IMG/VR virus record: IMGVR_UViG_3300027819_000012
Coordinates: 1 to 63,769 of that record
Reading direction: 5' to 3' (one strand)
Source: a virus
Taxonomy: Duplodnaviria > Caudoviricetes
DNA length: 63,769 nt
In this document: in pieces, positions 56,502 through 63,769 of the stretch
Numbering within the stretch: the first letter of the stretch is position 1
Layout of the letters: each line of letters starts with the position of its first letter
The notes under the pieces: model-generated
What the model was told of the DNA's origin: nothing
Databases searched by the model: none
What the model saw: the letters and a program-made list of their open reading frames with translations, nothing else
Translations under genes and position numbers: made by a program

Positions 56502-57030
56502 TGTCCGCCTCGCCTTCCCCCAGTTGTTCGAAGCCAAGACCGTGAACGGCGAGGGCAAGCCCGCCTTCTCCGCGTCCTTCCTGCTCGAGCCGACGCACCC
56601 CGACATTAAGGTCATCAACGCCGCAATCGAACAAGTGGCGTACGAGAAGTGGGGCGCCAAGGCTAACGCCGTGCTCCAGACCGCGCGCGCGGCAGACAAG
56701 GTGTGCATCCACAATGGTGATGCCAAGGCCGAATACGCCGGCTACGAGGGCAATTTCTACGTGTCCACCCGCAACGCGACGCGGCCCCTTGTAATCGACA
56801 AGGACCGCACGCCACTCGCGCCGCAGGACGGGAAGCCCTACGCCGGCTGCTACGTGAACGCGTCGATCGACGTGTGGGCGCAGGACAACAACTACGGCAA
56901 GCGCGTGAATGCGTCGCTCGCCGGGGTGCAGTTCCTGCGCGACGGCGATGCCTTTACGGGCGGCGGTCCTGCCAGCGTCGACGAGTTTGACGACCTGGGC
57001 GAAGGCGCCGCGGCTGCGGACTTGACGTAA
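56482..57030 (+). CDS. DUF2815 single-stranded DNA-binding protein (T7 gp2.5-like)
   Basis: NVRLAFPQLF, YAGCYVNAS, GVQFLRDGDAF and acidic tail. Confidence 0.9.
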   Translation: MKVKLSNVRLAFPQLFEAKTVNGEGKPAFSASFLLEPTHPDIKVINAAIEQVAYEKWGAKANAVLQTARAADKVCIHNGDAKAEYAGYEGNFYVSTRNATRPLVIDKDRTPLAPQDGKPYAGCYVNASIDVWAQDNNYGKRVNASLAGVQFLRDGDAFTGGGPASVDEFDDLGEGAAAADLT

Positions 57031-57221
57031 TGGCGCTCATCGTTATCACGGTGGTCGACATCAACGGAACGGTTGATGTCGGCGTGCAGTGCGAGCCCGC
57101 CATCGACTCCAATACACCCCGGGCGCAGCTCACCGGGGCTCAGGTGGCGGCGCTCAACATGCTCGACGCGCTCGCGAGCGACATCAAGACGGACCGGGGG
57201 CTGATTGAGCTTCTCAATTAG
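57030..57221 (+). CDS. Small hypothetical protein
   Basis: 63 aa, TAATG coupling. Confidence 0.65.
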   Translation: MALIVITVVDINGTVDVGVQCEPAIDSNTPRAQLTGAQVAALNMLDALASDIKTDRGLIELLN

Positions 57222-57229
57222 AGAGGCCC

Positions 57230-57428
57230 TTTCGGTGAGGGCGCGGGCGTGCACGCGGCACGACGATATTGCTGGAAAACGGCGATGCAGACCGGCAGCG
57301 GCGCAAGCAGGCGTCACGATCCGTCAGCAGTCGGGATGGGGACGACCCCCTTCAGATGGCGGTGGTTGGCTGTCACGCCCGTCAACGGCACTTCGCACGG
57401 CAGGCTGAACCTGCCGCCCTCACTGAAA
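57230..57428 (+). ncRNA. Candidate structured RNA upstream of DNA polymerase
   Basis: 14-bp closing stem, nested 8-bp stem and five local hairpins found by manual pairing; family not recognised. Confidence 0.5.
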
Positions 57429-59491
57429 TGATTCTGTTTAACGACCTCGAAACCTACTGCGAAACGCCGATCAGTCACGGCGTGCACCGGTACGCCGAAA
57501 GCGCTGAGGTGCTGTTGTGGTCCTACGCGATCGACGACGGCCCCGTGCAATGCTGGGATTTAACGGCTCAGCCGGCCACGCCGTCCGAACTGCTGGTAAC
57601 TCTGAACCGTTCCGACGTGCTGAACGTATGGCACAACGGCGGGGGCTTCGATCGGGTAGCGCTTAGCCACGCGCTGCCGGCGCTCTGCCCCTCTGTTGGC
57701 CACATCCACGACACGATGGCGCAGGCGCTCGCTCATGGCCTGCCCGGGGCGCTCGGCACGCTGGGTGACATTCTCAGCATCTCGCAAGACGAGATGAAGC
57801 ATAAGCGCGGCCGGGATCTGATCAACCTTTTCTGCAAGCCGCGCCCCAAAAACATGAAGCTGCGCCGTGCTACGCGTGCGACGCACCCGGCCGAGTGGAC
57901 CGAGTTCATTGAATACGCGAAACAAGACATTGCCGCGATGCGCGCCATCTACAAGAAGCTCCCGACATGGAACTACCGAAACGGCGAGCTCGCTTTGTGG
58001 CGCCTGGATCAGCGAATCAATGATCGCGGCGTCGCCGTCGATCTGCGCCTGGCGCATGCAGCGATCCGCGCGTCTGACCGCGCCCAGGCGTCTCTCGCTG
58101 CACAAACGCGCGACATCACCAACGGTGGCGTGGACTCGGCTACCCAGCGCGATAAACTGCTAGCGCACATCCTGAGCGAGTATGGCGTTGATCTCCCCGA
58201 CATGCAGATCAGCACGCTGGAACGACGCATCGAGGACCCGGAGCTGCCCCCCGAACTGCGCGAATTGCTCGCAATTCGCATGCAGGCGAGCAAGACGAGC
58301 GCAGCCAAGTACCGGCGCGTTGTCGAGGCGGCGAGTAGTGATGGCCGGTTGCGCGGCTTGTTGCAGTTCTGCGGTGCGAGCCGCACTGGGCGCTGGGCCG
58401 GACGCCTCTTTCAGCCGCAGAACTTGCCGCGCCCCACGCACGAGCAACCTGTGATCGAGCAGGCCATTGAGGCGATGAAGCTCGATGTCGAGGATTTGGT
58501 CTTCGATGACGTGATGGCTCTTGCGAGTTCCGCCATCCGCGGCGTGATCGTCGCGCCCCCTGGCCGAAAGCTGGTTGTCGCTGACCTGTCCAACATCGAA
58601 GGGCGCATGCTCGCCTGGCTCGCGGGTGAGGAATGGAAACTGCAGGCTTTTCGCGACTTCGACGCAGGAACTGGCCACGATCTCTACAAGCTGGCCTACG
58701 CCAAAAGCTTTGGTATCGCACCCGACGCCGTGGATAAGGGCCAGCGCCAGATCGGCAAGGTGCAGGAACTGGCACTCGGCTACGAGGGTGGCGTTGGTGC
58801 GTTTCTGACGTTCAGCCTCGCTTACAACATCGATCTCGAAGCCATGGCCGAAGCGGCGATCGACAACCTCACCGAGGACACCAAGCGCGAAGCACTCGGC
58901 GCATGGGAATGGGCCGAAAAGCAGAATCGCACCTTCGGTCTGTCGAAGCGCGCCTACGTGGTGTGCGACTCGTTCAAGCGTCTGTGGCGCGAGGCACACC
59001 CCCACATCGTGAGCTTCTGGCGTGCGATCGAGGACAGCGCCCGGCGCGCCGTCCAGTTTCCTGGCGTTACCGTCTCATGCCGCAAGCTGAAACTGCGCCG
59101 GGATGGCGCGTGGCTGCGCATCGTACTGCCCAGCGGTCGAGCACTTTGCTACCCCGCGCCTCAGGTCGACGAGCACGGGAAGCTGTCCTACATGGGCATC
59201 AATCAGTACAGCCGCAAGTGGCAGCGGCTCAAGACCTACGGCGGGAAGCTCGCGGAGAACGCCACTCAGGCTGCAGCTCGCGACGTGCTCGCCGACAGTA
59301 TGCCCCGGATCGAGCTCGCCGGTTATGAGATCGTGCTCACGGTGCACGACGAGATCATCGCTGAAGTGCCCGACGAACCCTCTTACAACGCGAAGCGTAT
59401 GGCCAAGCTGATGGCCACCGTCCCGACATGGGCTGAAGGCTTACCTCTCGCCGCAGCCGGCTTTGAAGCAACCCGCTACCACAAGGAGTGA
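57428..59491 (+). CDS. Family A DNA polymerase with 3'-5' exonuclease
   Basis: NDLETY, SRTGRWAG, ADLSNIEGR, RQIGKVQELALGY and TVHDEI motifs. Confidence 0.95.
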   Translation: MILFNDLETYCETPISHGVHRYAESAEVLLWSYAIDDGPVQCWDLTAQPATPSELLVTLNRSDVLNVWHNGGGFDRVALSHALPALCPSVGHIHDTMAQALAHGLPGALGTLGDILSISQDEMKHKRGRDLINLFCKPRPKNMKLRRATRATHPAEWTEFIEYAKQDIAAMRAIYKKLPTWNYRNGELALWRLDQRINDRGVAVDLRLAHAAIRASDRAQASLAAQTRDITNGGVDSATQRDKLLAHILSEYGVDLPDMQISTLERRIEDPELPPELRELLAIRMQASKTSAAKYRRVVEAASSDGRLRGLLQFCGASRTGRWAGRLFQPQNLPRPTHEQPVIEQAIEAMKLDVEDLVFDDVMALASSAIRGVIVAPPGRKLVVADLSNIEGRMLAWLAGEEWKLQAFRDFDAGTGHDLYKLAYAKSFGIAPDAVDKGQRQIGKVQELALGYEGGVGAFLTFSLAYNIDLEAMAEAAIDNLTEDTKREALGAWEWAEKQNRTFGLSKRAYVVCDSFKRLWREAHPHIVSFWRAIEDSARRAVQFPGVTVSCRKLKLRRDGAWLRIVLPSGRALCYPAPQVDEHGKLSYMGINQYSRKWQRLKTYGGKLAENATQAAARDVLADSMPRIELAGYEIVLTVHDEIIAEVPDEPSYNAKRMAKLMATVPTWAEGLPLAAAGFEATRYHKE

Positions 59492-59493
59492 GC

Positions 59494-59676
59494 ATGAATC
59501 AAACCCCTGTGACTCAAGAAGACAAACGCGCGCGCGCGATCAAAGTGCTCGGCGCCCGCTGGGTGTTGCACCCGGCCTACGATGCCAAAGGCTGCGCCCA
59601 CCACGCGCCGAGTTACAAGACCTCCGCTGTGCTCGCTGCCGTGCGCGCGTCGGCCATCGCGGAGGGCAGACTGTGA
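59494..59676 (+). CDS. Small hypothetical protein
   Basis: AAGGAG RBS; RAIKVLGARWVLHP. Confidence 0.6.
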   Translation: MNQTPVTQEDKRARAIKVLGARWVLHPAYDAKGCAHHAPSYKTSAVLAAVRASAIAEGRL

Positions 59677-59909
59677 GTAGCCAAGAACTGGACGCAGCTC
59701 TCGCCCTGGTGCGCGCGGAATACATCCAAGCATCCGCGAAGTTCGGTCCTTTTAACTCGACGCACGAAGGCTACGCCGTCATCGCCGAGGAGCTCGACGA
59801 GCTGTGGGACGACGTGAAGTCCAACAACCGGAAAGGCGCTGTGCGTGAAGCCGTGCAGGTTGCTGCGATGGGCATCCGCTTCATTGTGGATTGCAAATGC
59901 GAGCCGTAA
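59673..59909 (+). CDS. MazG-like NTP pyrophosphohydrolase (minimal)
   Basis: HEGYAVIAEELDELWD...EAVQVAAM. Confidence 0.7.
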   Translation: MSSQELDAALALVRAEYIQASAKFGPFNSTHEGYAVIAEELDELWDDVKSNNRKGAVREAVQVAAMGIRFIVDCKCEP

Positions 59910-60178
59910 GAGAGCGCGATATCGAGGACCGGCTACGGCTCAAGCTGACGCAACGCGGCCATCTATGCCTCAAATTCTACTCGCCGGGCTTCTCCGGGCT
60001 GCCAGATCGAATTTGCTTGTTGCAGGGTGGCCGTGTCGCATTCGTCGAACTGAAGGCGCCGGGCAAGATGCCCGAGCCGCATCAGGCGCGTCGTCATGCC
60101 CTGCTGCGCGCGTTGGGCTTCCAGGTTGAGGTCATTGACACTTACGCGGGCGTCGATCAGTTCGTGGAGAAGGTATGA
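59897..60178 (+). CDS. VRR-NUC nuclease
   Basis: ERDIE, GLPDRI, FVELKAPG. Confidence 0.9.
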   Translation: MRAVRERDIEDRLRLKLTQRGHLCLKFYSPGFSGLPDRICLLQGGRVAFVELKAPGKMPEPHQARRHALLRALGFQVEVIDTYAGVDQFVEKV

Positions 60179-60627
60179 GAGTGGCCGTCTTGTTCGCCCG
60201 CGCCGACAGCAACTATAAACTCATCCCCGGTTGCGACGTGTGGGATAGAGAGAGAGATGCGCGGAATTGGCCAGGGGGCGCCCCGGTGATCGCGCATCCG
60301 CCGTGCCGCGCATGGGGGCGCCTTCGTCAATTTGCTAAACCGCGCGATGGCGAGAAGGAACTCGCCCCGCTGGCGGTTGCGCACGTCAGACATTGGGGCG
60401 GCGTACTGGAGCATCCGGCGAGCAGCTCCTTGTGGGCTCATTGCGCTTTGCCGCGGCCGAGTGCCCCTGTCGAACTCCCGCCAATGCCGAACCGGCCAGG
60501 CAAAGCAACGCACTGCATCAAATCGAAAAAACTGCCCTGCGTTACCCGTGCCGAGCGCGAACACACACCGCCTGAGCTGGCGCGGTGGCTGTGCATACTG
60601 GCAGCGCGATGCGGGGAATTCACGTGA
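60175..60627 (+). CDS. Short C5-cytosine-methyltransferase-like protein
   Basis: AHPPC and VLEHP (motifs IV/VI-like); only 150 aa. Confidence 0.6.
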   Translation: MRVAVLFARADSNYKLIPGCDVWDRERDARNWPGGAPVIAHPPCRAWGRLRQFAKPRDGEKELAPLAVAHVRHWGGVLEHPASSSLWAHCALPRPSAPVELPPMPNRPGKATHCIKSKKLPCVTRAEREHTPPELARWLCILAARCGEFT

Positions 60628-62021
60628 CCCGCAAGCCCTTCATTCCGCGCCCATACCAGCAGCAGGCGCTCGATCATCTCCTCGACGTGCCGCGCGGCGC
60701 GCTGTGGGCCGGCATGGGGATGGGCAAGACGGTATCCGTGCTCACGGCACTCGATACTCTGTTCCTGGCCGGCGAGAGTGCTCCCGCGCTGGTGTGCGCG
60801 CCGTTGCGCGTGGCTAAGTCGGTATGGCCCGCTGAGGCGAACAAGTGGAAGCACCTGGCGGGCATCAAAGTCCGGTCGATCGTTGGCACTGCCGGGGATC
60901 GCAAGGCTGCGCTTCGAGACGGTGACGCCAATGTCTTCACGATTAACTACGAGAACTTGCCCTGGCTGCTGGATCAGAACCACTGGCCCTTCGCCACCAT
61001 GATCGCCGACGAGAGCACCAAGCTCAAGGGCTTTCGCCTGCGCCAAGGCACGCAGCGCGCCCATGCGCTGGGCCGCGTGGCCCATACCAAGGTCAAGCGA
61101 TTCATCGAACTGACCGGCACGCCGGCGCCCAATGGTCTGATCGATCTGTGGGGCCAGGCGTGGTTCCTGGACGCTGGCCAGCGCCTCGGACGCACGTTCG
61201 CCGCCTTTCAGCAGCGCTGGTTTCAGTCCGTTCCGGCTACCGACGGCTATACGCAGTTGCGCCCTCTCCCTCATGCTCGCGAGCAGATCGAAGAGCGACT
61301 GCGCGATCTGTGCCTGACACTAGATCCGCGCGATTATTTCGACCTCAAAGCCCCCATTCATACCGTCGTGCAGGTTGATCTGCCAGTCAAGGTGCGCCGC
61401 ACCTACGATCGATTCAAACGCGAACTGTTCATGCAACTCGACAGCCACGACATCGAAGCCTTCAACGCAGCCAGTCGAACCATGAAGTGCCTGCAGCTGT
61501 GCAATGGCGCGGTCTACAAGCAGGACGATGACGGCACCGACTCCGCGCCGTGGGTCACGGTCCATGACGCGAAACTTGACGCGCTGGAGGACATCATCGA
61601 GGAAGCCGCCGGCATGCCGGTGCTGGTGGCCTACCAGTTCAAGTCCGACTTGGCCCGCTTGCGTGAGGCCTTCCCGCGCGGCCGGTGGCTCGACGCCAAT
61701 CCGCAGACTGAAGCAGATTGGAACGAGGGCAGGATCCCCGTGCTGTTCGCGCACCCCAAGAGCGCCGGCCATGGCTTGAATCTGCAAGACGGCGGCAACA
61801 TCATCGTGTTCTTCGGCCACTGGTGGGACCTCGAGCTGCGCCAGCAGATCATCGAGCGTATCGGCCCGGTGCGCCAGGCCCAGGCCGGCTACAACCGGCC
61901 GGTGTTCATTTACGACATTGTGGCGGTTGATACCGTTGACGAGCTGGTGCTCGCGCGGCACGAGACGAAGCGCGAGGTGCAGGATTTGCTGCTGGAAGCG
62001 ATGAAACGGAGGGCACATTGA
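60624..62021 (+). CDS. SNF2-family helicase
   Basis: GMGMGKT, DEST, LTGTP, GHGLNLQ. Confidence 0.92.
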   Translation: MTRKPFIPRPYQQQALDHLLDVPRGALWAGMGMGKTVSVLTALDTLFLAGESAPALVCAPLRVAKSVWPAEANKWKHLAGIKVRSIVGTAGDRKAALRDGDANVFTINYENLPWLLDQNHWPFATMIADESTKLKGFRLRQGTQRAHALGRVAHTKVKRFIELTGTPAPNGLIDLWGQAWFLDAGQRLGRTFAAFQQRWFQSVPATDGYTQLRPLPHAREQIEERLRDLCLTLDPRDYFDLKAPIHTVVQVDLPVKVRRTYDRFKRELFMQLDSHDIEAFNAASRTMKCLQLCNGAVYKQDDDGTDSAPWVTVHDAKLDALEDIIEEAAGMPVLVAYQFKSDLARLREAFPRGRWLDANPQTEADWNEGRIPVLFAHPKSAGHGLNLQDGGNIIVFFGHWWDLELRQQIIERIGPVRQAQAGYNRPVFIYDIVAVDTVDELVLARHETKREVQDLLLEAMKRRAH

Positions 62022-62236
62022 GCGCGCTGGAGACACAAGAGGGCGGCGATCACTACAAGAGCATGACGATCCAACCGGTCGAATTCATCCACGCGAACGG
62101 ACTGGGCTACTTCGAAGGCGCCGTGATCAAGTACATGTGCCGCTGGCGCAGGAAGAACGGTATCGAGGATCTGCGCAAGGCACGCCACTATATCGATCTG
62201 CTGATCGAGCTGGAAGATGCTCTTCCTCGAACCTGA
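62018..62236 (+). CDS. DUF3310 protein (nucleotide kinase-like)
   Basis: QEGGDHY...KY..RWRRKNGIEDLRKARHY. Confidence 0.88.
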   Translation: MSALETQEGGDHYKSMTIQPVEFIHANGLGYFEGAVIKYMCRWRRKNGIEDLRKARHYIDLLIELEDALPRT

Positions 62237-62411
62237 AGAAATTCGCACCCTCACCGGCCGGGCCACGAAGGGCAAACAGATCGAGTGGCTCCGTCAGAAC
62301 GGGATTCGGTTCTGGGTGAATGCCTGCGGCAAGCCCATCGTCCCGCGCTCGGCGATCGATGGCGGCGTCGAGGCTGCCCCAGTTCGAACTCCTGACTTCT
62401 CAGAGCTATAA
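62217..62411 (+). CDS. DUF4224 excisionase-like protein
   Basis: FLEPEEIRTLTG...QIEWLRQNGIRF; upstream of integrase. Confidence 0.85.
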   Translation: MLFLEPEEIRTLTGRATKGKQIEWLRQNGIRFWVNACGKPIVPRSAIDGGVEAAPVRTPDFSEL

Positions 62412-63451
62412 TGGTGCGCGTGGGAAGAAAACGGACCGTCAACCTGCACCTTCCGCCACAGATGCGGCTGCGGAAGGGTCGGTACTATTTTGACACGCAA
62501 GCCACGCCGCGGCGCGAAATCCCACTCGGCGGGGAATTTGCCACGGCCCTCGTCAAATGGGCTGAGCTCCAGGGCCGCTCGCTCGCGCAGTCCAGCATTG
62601 CGCCCACCTTCGGGATGGCTGCCGATCGCTACGAGCGGGAGGTCTTGCCAACCAAAGCGCCGCGCACCCAGCGCGACAACCGGGTTGAGCTGAAGAAGCT
62701 GCGCGCGGTATTTCGGGACTTCGCGCTCGAGCAGATCAAGCCGGTGCACGTCCGGGGGTATCTCGACGCCCGAGGCAAGAAAGCTCGGGTGCGAGCGAAC
62801 CGCGAGAAGGCCCTGCTTTCCCACATCTTCAACATGGCCAGGGCGTGGGGATACACCGACGCGCCCAACCCCTGCGCCGGGATCAAGGGCTTCCGGGAAG
62901 ATGGGCGGGATAAGTACGTTGAGGATGCCGAGTTTCAGGCTGTCAAGGACGCCGCAGACGGCCCGACGCGCGACGCGATGGATATAGCCTATCTCACTGG
63001 TCAGCGGCCGGCCGACGTGCTCAAGATGACGATCCGGGACCTTCAGGACGGGTGCTTGCGGGTGCGCCAAGGCAAAACCGGGACGAAGCTACGAATCGCG
63101 ATCGAGGGCGAGCTTGCGGCTCTATTAGAGCGCCTCCAGGCGCAGACCTTCTCCCGGGTAGCATCGATGTACCTCATCCGCAACGAACGCGGCCAGCCGC
63201 TCACCTATGGGGCCCTGAGGCAGCGTTTCGAGAAGGCGCGTACTGCCGCCATACTCGCTCTCAAGGAGAGCGGTCAACGCGAGCTTGCCGGCGCCGTGCT
63301 GGGCTTTCAATTCCGCGATCTGCGCGCGAAGGCCGCGAGCGACCTGGGGGACATCGCCGCGGCGCGCCGGCTGCTCGCTCACGGGTCCGTCACGATGACC
63401 GAGCACTACACGCGGACCCGCATGGGCGACCGCGTGAAGCCGGTAAAATAG
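62411..63451 (+). CDS. int: Tyrosine integrase
   Basis: TGQR, FRDLRAKA, LLAH and HY catalytic motifs. Confidence 0.95.
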   Translation: MVRVGRKRTVNLHLPPQMRLRKGRYYFDTQATPRREIPLGGEFATALVKWAELQGRSLAQSSIAPTFGMAADRYEREVLPTKAPRTQRDNRVELKKLRAVFRDFALEQIKPVHVRGYLDARGKKARVRANREKALLSHIFNMARAWGYTDAPNPCAGIKGFREDGRDKYVEDAEFQAVKDAADGPTRDAMDIAYLTGQRPADVLKMTIRDLQDGCLRVRQGKTGTKLRIAIEGELAALLERLQAQTFSRVASMYLIRNERGQPLTYGALRQRFEKARTAAILALKESGQRELAGAVLGFQFRDLRAKAASDLGDIAAARRLLAHGSVTMTEHYTRTRMGDRVKPVK

Positions 63452-63562
63452 CTCCGCAATTCGAAAGAGGCCCGCGTCAGTCGTGGGATTTCAAAGGGCT
63501 GATGTGCTACGATTGCGGAACTAAACTCCCAGTAGCGCCCTGATTCGTAGCTTTTCCGGCCG

Positions 63563-63610
63563 GGACTGTTAATCCGCAGGTCCCAGGTTCGAGCCCTGGT
63601 CGGGGAGCCA
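63563..63610 (+). pseudogene. attR: 3' fragment of tRNA-Asn(GTT)
   Basis: GGACTGTTAATCCG anticodon arm, GGTTCGAGCC T-arm and CCA end; 5' acceptor and D-arm missing. Confidence 0.88.
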
Positions 63611-63674
63611 CCGGTCTGCAGTTCAATCCCTCGCCGGGAGCGCGTCTGGCAGCCGCATGCCGGCCGCGCAGTCG

Positions 63675-63769
63675 TCACTTCCTCAGGAACAGGTTGTTCC
63701 AGATCCTTTCCCACTTGTCGTTTTCGTCGAGCTCGACCGCGGGATCCATCATCGTGTAATCGAAGTTGC
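63675..63769 (-). CDS. 3' end of host gene (possibly a solute-binding protein)
   Basis: ...NFDYTMMDPAVELDENDKWERIWNNLFLRK*; truncated by the window edge. Confidence 0.5.
   Translation of the reverse strand, partial: NFDYTMMDPAVELDENDKWERIWNNLFLRK

Larger units (their letters stand above)
21232..63610. mobile_element. Prophage 2: BPP-1-like temperate podovirus (~42.4 kb) integrated at tRNA-Asn
   Basis: Direct repeat at both ends, integrase next to the tRNA fragment, gene content and order resembling Bordetella phage BPP-1. Confidence 0.92.

Noticed and set aside
57205-57431. Small ORFs 57205-57408 and 57249-57431, or an N-terminal polymerase extension from 57269
   Set aside because: No convincing RBS or protein-like composition; the polymerase exonuclease motif starts right after ATG 57428
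63535-63610. Intact tRNA-Asn gene
   Set aside because: The upstream sequence cannot form the acceptor 5' strand or D-arm; it is an attR fragment

Overview
GC-rich window, probably from a betaproteobacterium, made almost entirely of two abutting prophages. (1) 1-~21220: the minus-strand morphogenesis arm of a siphovirus-like element. It carries a Zn-finger TerS-like gene, TerL, portal, a MuF protein with a C-terminal HExxH toxin-like domain followed by a coupled small gene, an opposite-strand moron, a fused protease-scaffold-major capsid gene, neck genes, an internal lysis cassette, tail tube, -1 frameshift tail chaperones and a tape measure that runs off the left edge. (2) ~21232-63610: an apparently complete ~42.4 kb Bordetella BPP-1-like temperate podovirus with lysis genes, tail fibre, ejection proteins, tail tubular A/B, capsid, portal, terminase, primase-helicase, SNF2+methyltransferase, a cro/cI switch with six operators, DUF2800, SSB, family A DNA polymerase, VRR-NUC, SNF2, excisionase and integrase. 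It is integrated at tRNA-Asn and has no DGR. Only 11 bp of the tRNA remain at its left end, so element 1 appears to sit inside attL of element 2. The most notable unexplained signals are a ~200-nt multi-stem RNA closing on the DNA polymerase start codon, a five-copy CGCTTACC-N15-(-10) late promoter motif, the nested att arrangement, two virion-delivered toxin-like domains and widespread in-frame tandem duplications. All product calls come from motif recognition and synteny; no searches were run.
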